38,724 bases of DNA, from assembly GCA_016180765.1 (NCBI GenBank), contig JACPAP010000232.1:1-38724 (forward strand). Reading direction: 5' to 3'. The position numbers were made by a program, and so were the translations under genes. This DNA is from Gemmatimonadota bacterium. GTDB taxonomy: Bacteria > Gemmatimonadota > Gemmatimonadetes > Gemmatimonadales > GWC2-71-9. Below, piece by piece: positions 1 to 7,734 of this stretch; within the stretch, counting starts at the first letter, position 1, and every line of letters begins with the position of its first letter. Under the pieces are notes generated by a model. The model ran no database searches. It was not told where the DNA came from and saw only the letters and a program-made list of their open reading frames with translations.

Positions 1-2
1 AC

Positions 3-767
3 TACGCGCCGGGCCTCGAGCCTTCGGGATCCGTCCAATGGCACGTCAACTTCGCCGACCCCAACCTGTTCGTGGCCTACGGATCGCGCCTCTTCGCGCA
101 GGATGAGATGCAGGTGGCCGAGCATCCGGCCTTGGGCTCGCTGCGGGAGGCCCTGCTTGCCACCGGCCACCAGGCCCTCACCGTCGAACGCGGGCGACCC
201 ACGCCGGTGCTGGTCATGGGCGTGGAGCGTCGCTGCTTGATCGAGACCAACCCGGACTCGGCGGCCGGCCGCCCCGACGGCCTCTACGGCAATGCCTTCG
301 CACGCGCCACGCCGGACGCCATCCGGCGCGCCACCATCCCCGTCACGCCGCCCACCATCACCAACCTGATCGCCATGGCGGCGCCCTCAGGGGGAAGCGG
401 GCCCTACACCGCCGCCGACATCGAGTACGTCCTGGCCACGGCGTTTACCGGTTTCCGCGCCGCGGTCCTGGAGTCCCGCCGGCTGGCCGCGGATGCCCCG
501 GTCACGGTCCACAGCGGGTTCTGGGGCTGCGGGGCGTTTGGCGGCAACCGCGTGCTCATGTCGGCGCTCCAGGTCCTGGCGGCGGAGATGGCCGGCCTGG
601 ACCGGCTGGTGCTGCACACAGCGGACGATGCGGGGGCTAAGGCGGTCGCGGCCGCGCGCGAGTTCGTGGCGCATAAGCTCACGGACGGCGGAACGATCGG
701 AACGCAGAACCTGAGTGAGCGGCTCGCCACGGCGGGCTTTGAGTGGGGCGTGAGCGACGGGAACTGA
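3..767 (+). CDS. PARG-like macrodomain protein (poly(ADP-ribose) glycohydrolase catalytic-domain homolog), 5' partial
   Basis: The frame is open from the window edge, so GTG 72 is probably not the real start. [23 protein letters not shown] aligns with PARG [48 protein letters not shown] aligns with PARG [24 protein letters not shown]. Confidence 0.6.
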   Translation, partial: [254 protein letters not shown]

Positions 768-921
768 CGCTTGGCCGTTGAGCGACTGATTTCCGCCAAG
801 CCACGGGCTGCCTTGCCGTTGGCCGTCGCACCAACTCCTTTGGCGGACGAAGGCACAGACCGGCGCCGGCCGGCGTAAAAATGGTACTCGTACACGACTT
901 GGCTCCCGTTACATTCGCACC

Positions 922-1665
922 ATGGCACTCGAGGCCGTTCTAGTTCTGGTCTTTGTACTGCTGCCGGGCGTGGTGGCAGACGCCGCCTACCGGTTCCTGA
1001 CCTGGCGACCGGAGCCTACGGACCAGGGCGTATTGGTCCGCGCCACGGCCATCAGCTTCGCCGCCCTTTTCGGCCTGATTATTCTCGAAACCACCTTCCC
1101 GTACCTTTTCAGCGTACCGGTCTACCTTCGCCCCGACTGGTGGCGGCGCGCCGCCGAGCTCCCGGACCTGCCATGGCCGGTGGTGTTGAAGTCGTGGCTT
1201 CAGCACGCCGTGGTTGCCGTCAGTGGAGCGGTCGCGCTCGGGATGCTCGTCAGGTGGCGTCCCCTGACCGGTGTACTCCGGCGTGTGCTGGGGCGATCCC
1301 TCTACAGCTCGGCGTGGGACGAATTCGCCGTCCAGCACATCGGCCGGTGGGTGCTCGTTACCCTGACTGATGGACGGGTGTTCTACGGCGCGCTGGCCAT
1401 TGCGTCGGGGGATCGCCGGAAAGACGTGGTATTGTACCGCCCCATGCCATTCAATCCGGACACCGGCAGCTATCAATTCACTGGGAATAAGGCGATATTC
1501 GTACGTGAGGATCAGGTTCAGAGCGTGCTGGTTCCGCTCGACTCCTCCGAGCTGGCAGCCGTTCAGGATCGCCTCGGCGTGTATCGTCTGAGTACGGGAG
1601 AGCGCGTAGATGTCCAGACAACTGAAGCCTCAGGAGCAGGTGGTCCGGAAGCCCCAGTCCAGTAA
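922..1665 (+). CDS. hypothetical membrane protein (N-terminal TM segments, soluble C-terminal domain)
   Basis: ATG at 922. Hydrophobic stretches are LVLVFVLLPGVVA, AISFAALFGLIILE and AVVAVSGAVALGML. GC3 is high over most of the ORF. The last ~20 codons have low GC3 and overlap the next ORF, so the 3' end is uncertain. Confidence 0.5.
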   Translation: MALEAVLVLVFVLLPGVVADAAYRFLTWRPEPTDQGVLVRATAISFAALFGLIILETTFPYLFSVPVYLRPDWWRRAAELPDLPWPVVLKSWLQHAVVAVSGAVALGMLVRWRPLTGVLRRVLGRSLYSSAWDEFAVQHIGRWVLVTLTDGRVFYGALAIASGDRRKDVVLYRPMPFNPDTGSYQFTGNKAIFVREDQVQSVLVPLDSSELAAVQDRLGVYRLSTGERVDVQTTEASGAGGPEAPVQ

Positions 1666-1822
1666 CGTCTCGATCGCCGATATCCTTCGCAAAGGGAATC
1701 TCAGCGTGAGCGACCCGGGGCCGGTCACGCCACCTACGGCGCAGATCTCCACGACGCCGCCCAAGACCCCTTCCAGCAGTCCATCCGGTGGTGCGGCCGA
1801 GGGGGACGGAAAGAAGCCGTAG
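1610..1822 (+). CDS. small hypothetical protein, Pro/Ser/Thr-rich C-terminus
   Basis: The ATG directly follows an in-frame TAG. GGGAGAG lies ~9 nt upstream. GC3 is clearly higher than in the overlapping tail of the 922-1665 ORF. No family was recognised. Confidence 0.3.
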   Translation: MSRQLKPQEQVVRKPQSSNVSIADILRKGNLSVSDPGPVTPPTAQISTTPPKTPSSSPSGGAAEGDGKKP

Positions 1823-1832
1823 CGTCGCCCGG

Positions 1833-2030
1833 ATGAAATACAAGATCGCCCTGCACCGGACCGACGAGGGTTACAGCGCCTCCGTTCCCGGCCTACCTGG
1901 ATGCTGGTCCCAGGGTGCCACGGAGCAAGAGGCGCTCGAGAACATCGGGGACGCCATTCGGGAATACCTCGCCGCGCGCGATGACCTCCTGAAAGGCGCC
2001 ACCGTCCGCGAAGTCGAAGTCGCTTCCTGA
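1833..2030 (+). CDS. hicB: HicB-family antitoxin (UPF0150 fold)
   Basis: MKYKIALHRTDEGYSASVPGLPGCWSQGATEQEALENIGDAIREYL is the typical HicB N-terminal domain pattern. The internal ATG at 1833 was chosen over the ORF-track start. It sits 2 nt upstream of hicA. Confidence 0.8.
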   Translation: MKYKIALHRTDEGYSASVPGLPGCWSQGATEQEALENIGDAIREYLAARDDLLKGATVREVEVAS

Positions 2031-2032
2031 GG

Positions 2033-2350
2033 GTGCCCAAGATCCCAGGCGTCAATCACCGCGACGCCGTCCGGGCCCTTGAGAAGGCCGGGTTCCGCGT
2101 CGTCCGTCAGGCGAAGCACATCGTGATGACGGACGGCGTCCGGATCCTCACGATTCCGCGCCACAATCCCGTCAACGCCCTCACGATGGGCGGGATCGTG
2201 CGGGATGCCGTCCACCGGTATGCTCCGGGTGGCTACGAGGTCGGATTCGTTGCTGGCGGGGGCGATACCGTCGCCGTGCTCACGCTGTCGGATGCCGACG
2301 TCAGGCCCTTGGCAGCCGGCGAAATCCTCCACGCACGACCGCTGGCCTAG
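2033..2350 (+). CDS. hicA: HicA-family mRNA-interferase toxin with atypical ~40-aa C-terminal extension
   Basis: PKIPGVNHRDAVRALEKAGFRVVRQAKHIVMTDGVRILTIPRHNPVNALTMGGIVRDA matches the HicA/YcfA pattern, including the conserved His. Residues after RDA (VHRYAPGGYEVGFVAGGGDTVAVLTLSDADV...) are not HicA-like. Confidence 0.7.
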   Translation: MPKIPGVNHRDAVRALEKAGFRVVRQAKHIVMTDGVRILTIPRHNPVNALTMGGIVRDAVHRYAPGGYEVGFVAGGGDTVAVLTLSDADVRPLAAGEILHARPLA

Positions 2351-2381
2351 CCGCTGCCGCTGGCGGCCGTCGGAGGCACCC

Positions 2382-2510
2382 ATGAGTGAGAAGCTGAAGG
2401 AATCCACCGGCCCGGCACGACGGGAGGAGATCAAGAGGGGCGCCGTTGAACCCGAGAAGCCGACCGGCGATGAAAGACGGCAAGTGCCACTTGAAGGAGG
2501 ACATGTCTGA
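2382..2510 (+). CDS. possible 42-aa small ORF
   Basis: GGAGG at 2372-2376 lies 5 nt before ATG 2382. The peptide is MSEKLKESTGPARREEIKRGAVEPEKPTGDERRQVPLEGGHV. No homolog was recognised. Confidence 0.25.
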   Translation: MSEKLKESTGPARREEIKRGAVEPEKPTGDERRQVPLEGGHV

Positions 2511-2598
2511 GGGGCTTCTGCGGCGCGTGCGGAAGGGACGGCTCGACTCCCCCTTCACGGTGAATGCGCTGCGGGATCAATGCCGGGGCCTGTTCTAG
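2503..2598 (+). CDS. possible 31-aa small ORF overlapping the previous one (ATGTCTGA)
   Basis: AAGGAGG at 2493-2499 lies 3 nt before ATG 2503. The peptide is MSEGLLRRVRKGRLDSPFTVNALRDQCRGLF. The spacing is short and no homolog was recognised. Confidence 0.2.
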   Translation: MSEGLLRRVRKGRLDSPFTVNALRDQCRGLF

Positions 2599-2643
2599 GG
2601 TGTCCCTCCAGCGCGCGAACCACTACGTCAGGTACGATCCAGC

Positions 2644-2967
2644 ATGGGCCGGAAACGACGTCTCGCACAGGTGACGGGCCACGAAGCGCCACAAACCCTA
2701 CTCGGCAAGACGCCGGCGCGGGAGCTCGACCTGCACGGGGTCCAAAGTGATCAGGCCGAGCACCTGGTCCGCGACTTCGTGATGACGGGCACCAGGAACG
2801 GTTCTGGACAGGTGTTTCGGATCGTCACGGGTAAGGGCAACCGTTCAGCCGGCAGGCCGGTGCTCATGCCGCTCGTACGGAGACTACTCGAAACGAGCCT
2901 GGCGCCGTTCGTGGCGGAGTTTGCCCTTGATCGCGATGGCGGAAGCTTCTTGGTGCGACTGAAATGA
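2644..2967 (+). CDS. Smr (small MutS-related) domain protein
   Basis: ELDLHGVQSDQAEHLVRDFV ... FRIVTGKGNRSAGRPVLMPLVRRLL matches the Smr LDLHG ... TGKG ... S pattern. Confidence 0.75.
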   Translation: MGRKRRLAQVTGHEAPQTLLGKTPARELDLHGVQSDQAEHLVRDFVMTGTRNGSGQVFRIVTGKGNRSAGRPVLMPLVRRLLETSLAPFVAEFALDRDGGSFLVRLK

Positions 2968-2984
2968 GGTGGGTGTGAGCGCCT

Positions 2985-3001
2985 GCGTTTTTCTGCCTAT
3001 G
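2985..3001. repeat. 17-nt direct repeat copy 1 (GCGTTTTTCTGCCTATG)
   Basis: It is identical to 17446-17462. Both copies are AT-rich relative to the window and lie upstream of plus-strand genes. Weaker similarity continues for ~30 nt downstream. Confidence 0.85.
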
Positions 3002-3135
3002 TCCTTCTCCTTCAAGGCGTTATCGCTGGAGGTGGTTGTCGCCATCCCGAGAAGCGTTGGCGCTAACCGCTTAATAAGCCACACCGTTGTTATCCGAAGC
3101 TGAATAGTCTCCTTCACTTGCATTTCCTCAAAGTT

Positions 3136-3153
3136 CTGAGTAAAAATACTCAG
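3136..3153. promoter_or_regulatory. perfect 7-bp inverted repeat CTGAGTA-AAAA-TACTCAG, 4 nt before the ATPase start codon
   Basis: Read directly from the sequence. It lies in a 190-nt AT-richer intergenic region with no obvious SD. It could be an operator or an RNA hairpin. Confidence 0.4.
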
Positions 3154-3157
3154 CACG

Positions 3158-4375
3158 ATGAGCAAATCGTCAGACGCTTTATTCACCCGGCCCATGGCTT
3201 CCACGCTGGCCGCCCGCCTCACCCAGCGCCGCCGCTTCATCCAGGTGGTGGCCGGGCCCCGACAGGTGGGTAAGACCACGCTGGTGCGGCAGGTGCTGGC
3301 CCAGCTCGATCGGCCGTACGCATACGCCTCGGCCGACGAGCCCCCCCTCCGCGACCGCGCCTGGCTCGCCGCGCAGTGGGACGCCGCGGGCCTCCAAGCC
3401 GGCGATGCGGGGCCCCGCGGCGCCGTGCTCGCCCTCGACGAGATCCACAAAATCTCCGGCTGGTCCGAGCCGGTGAAACGCCCCTGCGACGAGGACACCG
3501 CCCACCGCACCCCGCTCCACGTCGTGCTCCTCGGCTCGGCGCCGCTCCTGGTCCAACGCGGGCTGTCGGAATCCCTCGCCGGGCGGTTCGAGATGCTCCG
3601 CCTGCCCCACTGGTCGTTCGCCGAGATGCGGGACGCGTTCGGGTTCTCAGTTGAGCAGTACTGCTACTTCGGCGGCTACCCCGGCGCCGCGCCGCTGGCC
3701 CAGGATCCCGAGCGGTGGCGCCGCTACGTGCTCGACGCCCTGGTGGAAACCACCATCTCGCGGGACGTACTGCTCCTCACCCGGGTGGACAAGCCTGCCC
3801 TGTTGCGCCGGCTGTTCGAGCTCGCGTGCCGCTACTCGGGACAGGTGCTCTCGTACACCAAGATGCTGGGCCAGCTCCAAGACGCCGGCAACGCCACCAC
3901 GCTCGCCCACTACCTGGACCTCCTGACCGGCGCCGGGATGGTCACGGGGCTCCAGAAGTTTGCCGGCCAGACGGCCCGGAGCAGGGGCTCCAGCCCCAAG
4001 CTCCAGGTGCTGAATACCGCGCTGACGACGGCCCAGGGCCGGTCCTTCGATGAGGCGCGGCGAGACCGCGAGTTCTGGGGACGGCTGGTGGAGTCGGCGA
4101 TCGGCGCCCACCTGGCCAACGCCGCCGCAACGGGCGCGTTCGACCTCTGCTACTGGCGGGAGCGCAACCGGGAGGTCGATTTCGTAGTCCGGTCCGGGCG
4201 CCTGATCACCGCCATCGAGGTCAAGAGCGGCCGGACGCGGGACGCCCTGCCGGGGATGGCAGCCTTTGCCGAAGCCTTCAGGCCCAAACGGCAACTCATC
4301 GTGGGAGCCGATGGGATTCCAGTGGAGGAATTCCTCTCCCGCCCCGTGGAGCGCTGGGTGACACCCACGGGGTGA
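3158..4375 (+). CDS. AAA-family ATPase (AAA_14 + DUF4143 architecture)
   Basis: The Walker A motif is GPRQVGKTT. The overall pattern is typical of DUF4143 ATP-binding proteins (LDEIHK..., C-terminal YWRERNREVDFVV, IEVKSG). Confidence 0.8.
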   Translation: MSKSSDALFTRPMASTLAARLTQRRRFIQVVAGPRQVGKTTLVRQVLAQLDRPYAYASADEPPLRDRAWLAAQWDAAGLQAGDAGPRGAVLALDEIHKISGWSEPVKRPCDEDTAHRTPLHVVLLGSAPLLVQRGLSESLAGRFEMLRLPHWSFAEMRDAFGFSVEQYCYFGGYPGAAPLAQDPERWRRYVLDALVETTISRDVLLLTRVDKPALLRRLFELACRYSGQVLSYTKMLGQLQDAGNATTLAHYLDLLTGAGMVTGLQKFAGQTARSRGSSPKLQVLNTALTTAQGRSFDEARRDREFWGRLVESAIGAHLANAAATGAFDLCYWRERNREVDFVVRSGRLITAIEVKSGRTRDALPGMAAFAEAFRPKRQLIVGADGIPVEEFLSRPVERWVTPTG

Positions 4376-4549
4376 TTGCCTTGTCACACCCCCTCCTCAC
4401 ACTTCCGTCCTCCATGGCGCCCGCCGCCGCCGCGACGAATCTTCGAGGCCGGCCGGACCTTCTGATCCGGGCAACGCCCAGCACGTTGCGAACCTGCCGC
4501 GTCTACCGAACGGTCACTTCCGAGCACCAGCTCCGCGTAAGCAGCAGTG

Positions 4550-4889
4550 CTAGATCACGCCACACGCCGCCGGCGTGCCATTCGGCAGATGCGCCATCAC
4601 GAACCGGGCCGCTCTGGTCGCACGTGCCTTGATGAATGTGATTGGGGTAGCTCGTGCTGGGCGAGCCGCCCGCGAGCGTCACGACCACCGTGGTGGAGTC
4701 GCCCTTCTCCTGTAGAGTCGCGGTTCCCGTGATGCCGCTGTTGCTCATAGCAGCAAGCACAACCGTGCGAGGGACGGCTGACTCGCCGGGCGCGTTCTCG
4801 CCCGTGGCCTGACTACCGCCGCCGCAGCCTGCGACCGCGAGAGCGGCGACGAGCCAGATCAGTACAGCGTTTCCGATACGGGGCACCAT
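4550..4889 (-). pseudogene. SodC/CHRD-like small lipoprotein, frame-switched near 4598-4612
   Basis: The internal ATG at 4889 gives a lipoprotein signal, MVPRIGNAVLIWLVAALAVAGC. The body has GITGTATLQEKGDSTTVVVTL and NHIHQGTC. After SGP the called frame drops in GC3. Another frame reads FVMAHLPNGTPAACGVI-stop (TAG at 4550-4552), which is a family-typical ending. Confidence 0.4.
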
Positions 4890-5316
4890 ATGCTGGTCTT
4901 CCGTCGACCCTGAACCTGACCTGCCGGACCAGCCGAGCGCAACCTCGGCGATCGCGATTCGCCTGAACCTGGCGCTGCCGGCGGCGCTGGACGACGAGCG
5001 GAGCTTTGCGAGGCTCAAGGAATCCATTGACAAGGTGGGCGCCTACCTGCTGAACCAGGGGTACTTCAAGCAACACGTCGCGTTTCGGTTCGCCGTTGCA
5101 GCCGAGCATCAGGGACGACGCATCGAACAGCCTGAGTCCGCTTCCTGGATCGCCTGCATAGAGACGGTGTAGCCCACGCGCTGTTCGAGATGAGCTATCC
5201 GGTGATTCTCCCCTCCGCGGTGTATCTGTTCAACACCAAGGCCGCTGCACTCCTGGACGCTTTGAATCAGCCGGCTCCTGATACGAACGGCTGAGCCGGA
5301 GAGGGTGGTGAAGGTG

Positions 5317-6180
5317 CTACGGCTGGAGGTGCCGGTACAGGACCCGGATCAGCCGATAGGCCGCCGGGTAGTCCGGCGTGGTGAATCCCACGGTCGAATA
5401 ACCCTGCCGCCGCACGCCCGGGATTCCCTCTGCCACCTCGGCGTAAATCGCCGTGCAATACTCCAACTCCACCGCGACGGGGCGCGTGACCGTGGGCGGT
5501 CGCGTCAGCGTGCCCCGGAGCGCCCGCTCCACTCCCCGTTGAATGGCGGCCTGGGCCGAGTCGGGCGACATGGTGGTGACCGCCCGATCCCAAATGCCGG
5601 TCTTGACCGCCACACCCACCACGCCCGGCACCAGGGCGCGTAGCTGCGTCATCGCCAACGTGTCTCCACTGATGAACGCCACCGGAACGCCGTACCACGC
5701 GGCGTACAACGCGTTCATGCCCCCTTCGCCCACCGACACACCGTTGATCCTCAAGTCCGCCACGATGCCGGATCCGGTGTGGGCCGCGAATCCGCCCAGG
5801 CTCCGCGCCTTGGCGTGGTAGCCTACGAACAGCACGGCGCCGAACGAGCTATCCAACCCCTCCATCATCCCGTACGGCTTGAGGGAACCCCGGATCAGGG
5901 TGACGCGCGGGTCGAGCTGATCCTGCAACAGGTTGGCGTGCGATCCGTGGGCGTCGTTCACCACCACCCGCGTGGCCCCCGCGTTGAACGCGCCGGCGAT
6001 TGCGGCGTTCACTTCGCGCGTCATGAATCGGGGGCCCATGGGATCGTCGGTGGAGCTTAGAGCCGCAATCCCCTCCATGTCTGCCGAGATGTAGACGGAG
6101 AGGCGCCGTTGCTGGGCGCTCAAGGCGTCGCTCGCCTGGCACGCGAGGCCCAAGGCAAGGGCGAGTATCCCTCGATGCAT
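5317..6180 (-). CDS. M55-family D-aminopeptidase (DppA-like), secreted
   Basis: VYISADMEGIA, VVVNDAHGSH, LKPYGMMEGLD and LFVGYHAKA align with Bacillus DppA. The N-terminal signal peptide ends in ALSAQQ. Confidence 0.8.
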   Translation of the reverse strand: MHRGILALALGLACQASDALSAQQRRLSVYISADMEGIAALSSTDDPMGPRFMTREVNAAIAGAFNAGATRVVVNDAHGSHANLLQDQLDPRVTLIRGSLKPYGMMEGLDSSFGAVLFVGYHAKARSLGGFAAHTGSGIVADLRINGVSVGEGGMNALYAAWYGVPVAFISGDTLAMTQLRALVPGVVGVAVKTGIWDRAVTTMSPDSAQAAIQRGVERALRGTLTRPPTVTRPVAVELEYCTAIYAEVAEGIPGVRRQGYSTVGFTTPDYPAAYRLIRVLYRHLQP

Positions 6181-6272
6181 GGTGTGCTCCTGGTGACTCC
6201 GGATAGGGGCCCTACGGGGTCACGGCGACCGCGGGGCCACGACCAAGGTAGTTCTCGCCTCGCTTCACGGCC

Positions 6273-7715
6273 TCACCGCAGTTTCGGCTTGCCGATCGGA
6301 CCACGGTCCTGGACCTGCTGGGCCAGAGCGAGCACGGCCTCTTCGCCGAACGGACGGCCTACGATCTGGAGGCCCACGGGCAGCCCCGCGCTGTCCAGTC
6401 CGCAGGGGACCGATGCGATGGGAAGGCCGGTGAGACCGAGGACGAAGGTGGGCGCGATCCAGTCCACGTACGTCTCCATGGGTTTGCCGGCCACGGTCCG
6501 CGGATAGTTCTCCTCCACGGGGAACGGCGGCACCGCCATGGTCGGCGTGAGCAGGTGATCGAACCGCTCGAAGAACTGGCGCAACACCTGCCAGATCCGC
6601 CCGCGGGCCTGCTCGGCGGCGCCCAGGTCCCGCACGTCGGTCGCCAGGCCCGCCCGGATGTTTCCGGCGACGTTGGGCCCGAACCGCTCCAGCTGATCCA
6701 AGCGCGGAAACATCTGCGCCACGAACCAGAGTCCGCGCAACGCGAGGAACGCCGGGCGGCCGAAGGCGAGATCCAGCTCGACCACCTCGACGTGGGCGCC
6801 GGCCTCCTCCAGCTCCAGCGCCGCTTTCCGACACACGCGCTCGACGTCCGCGTCCACGCCGATGCCCACCGGATCCGAGCAGTAGGCGAGCCGTAGCCCA
6901 GGCCGGATGCCGGCCGATGCCGCGGCCACGAAGTCGCGTCCCGCGGCGGGCTGGCCCAGGGGCGACCACTCGCTGGGCCCCGCGATCGCCTGGAGCATCA
7001 ACCCGACGTCCGGCGCCGTCCGGGCCACGGGCCCGGTGACCTGAAGCGTGTCCCAGAGAAAGTCCGACGGATAGGTGGGGACCAGGCCCACCGAAGGTCT
7101 GAGCCCCACCACGCCGCAGAACGACGCCGGGATGCGCAGCGACCCGCCCAGGTCGGTCCCCTGCGCCAGGGCGACCATGCCGGTGGCGAGCGCGGCGGCT
7201 CCGCCGCCGGTGGAGCCGCCCGCGCTGCGGCTGGCGTCCCAGGGATTCCGGGTGCGGCCGAACACCTGGTTGAAGGTGTTGCCGCCGGCGGCGAACTCGG
7301 GTGTGTTGGTCTTGCCCAGGATCACGGCACCCGCGTCGCGCAACCGGCGGACCACCACCGCGTCCTCGGGCGGCACGTAATCCTTATACAGCGGCGACCC
7401 GTAGGTGGTGCGGAGCCCCGCGACCTCGGTCACATCCTTGATCCCCACGGGCAGGCCGCACAGCGGGCCCACCGACTCGCCCCGGGAAATCCGGCGCTCC
7501 AGCTCGCGGGCGTCGTCCAGCGCCCGCGGGTTCAGCGTGACGATCGCGTTGATGGTCGGGTTGTAGCGCTCGACGCGATCGAGACAGGCTTGCACCACCT
7601 CGACCGGCGAGATTTCCTTGGCGCCGACCAGGCGCCGCAACTCGGTCGCCGAGAGATCGGCGAGCTCGCCCCCGGAGCGACGTGACGGTGCGGCGCGTCC
7701 CGTTTCCCGTTTCAC
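6273..7715 (-). CDS. amidase (amidase-signature family, GatA-like)
   Basis: The AS signature is GGSTGGGAAALATGMVALAQGTDLGGSLRIPASFCGVVGLRPS. The start is GTG at 7715, inside a heptamer repeat. Confidence 0.85.
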   Translation of the reverse strand: MKRETGRAAPSRRSGGELADLSATELRRLVGAKEISPVEVVQACLDRVERYNPTINAIVTLNPRALDDARELERRISRGESVGPLCGLPVGIKDVTEVAGLRTTYGSPLYKDYVPPEDAVVVRRLRDAGAVILGKTNTPEFAAGGNTFNQVFGRTRNPWDASRSAGGSTGGGAAALATGMVALAQGTDLGGSLRIPASFCGVVGLRPSVGLVPTYPSDFLWDTLQVTGPVARTAPDVGLMLQAIAGPSEWSPLGQPAAGRDFVAAASAGIRPGLRLAYCSDPVGIGVDADVERVCRKAALELEEAGAHVEVVELDLAFGRPAFLALRGLWFVAQMFPRLDQLERFGPNVAGNIRAGLATDVRDLGAAEQARGRIWQVLRQFFERFDHLLTPTMAVPPFPVEENYPRTVAGKPMETYVDWIAPTFVLGLTGLPIASVPCGLDSAGLPVGLQIVGRPFGEEAVLALAQQVQDRGPIGKPKLR

Positions 7716-7728
7716 GTTTCCCGTTTCG
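7701..7728. repeat. 4 x 7-nt tandem repeat (CGTTTCC CGTTTCA CGTTTCC CGTTTCG) spanning the amidase start codon
   Basis: Read directly from the sequence. On the coding strand it reads CGAAACG GGAAACG TGAAACG GGAAACG, and the GTG start (7715-7713) lies inside unit 3. Confidence 0.9.
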
Positions 7729-7734
7729 CGGCCT

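Noticed and set aside
4903-5294. Plus-strand protein-like text (…AIAIRLNLALPAALDDERSFARLKESIDKVGAYLLNQGYFKQHVAFRF… then …GVAHALFEMSYPVILPSAVYLFNTKAAALLDAL…) between the lipoprotein and the M55 peptidase genes
   Set aside because: - There is no usable start codon, and the two pieces are in different frames separated by stops.
- I recognised no family.
- It is probably a gene remnant. I did not call it as a feature, but it counts toward the decay pattern.
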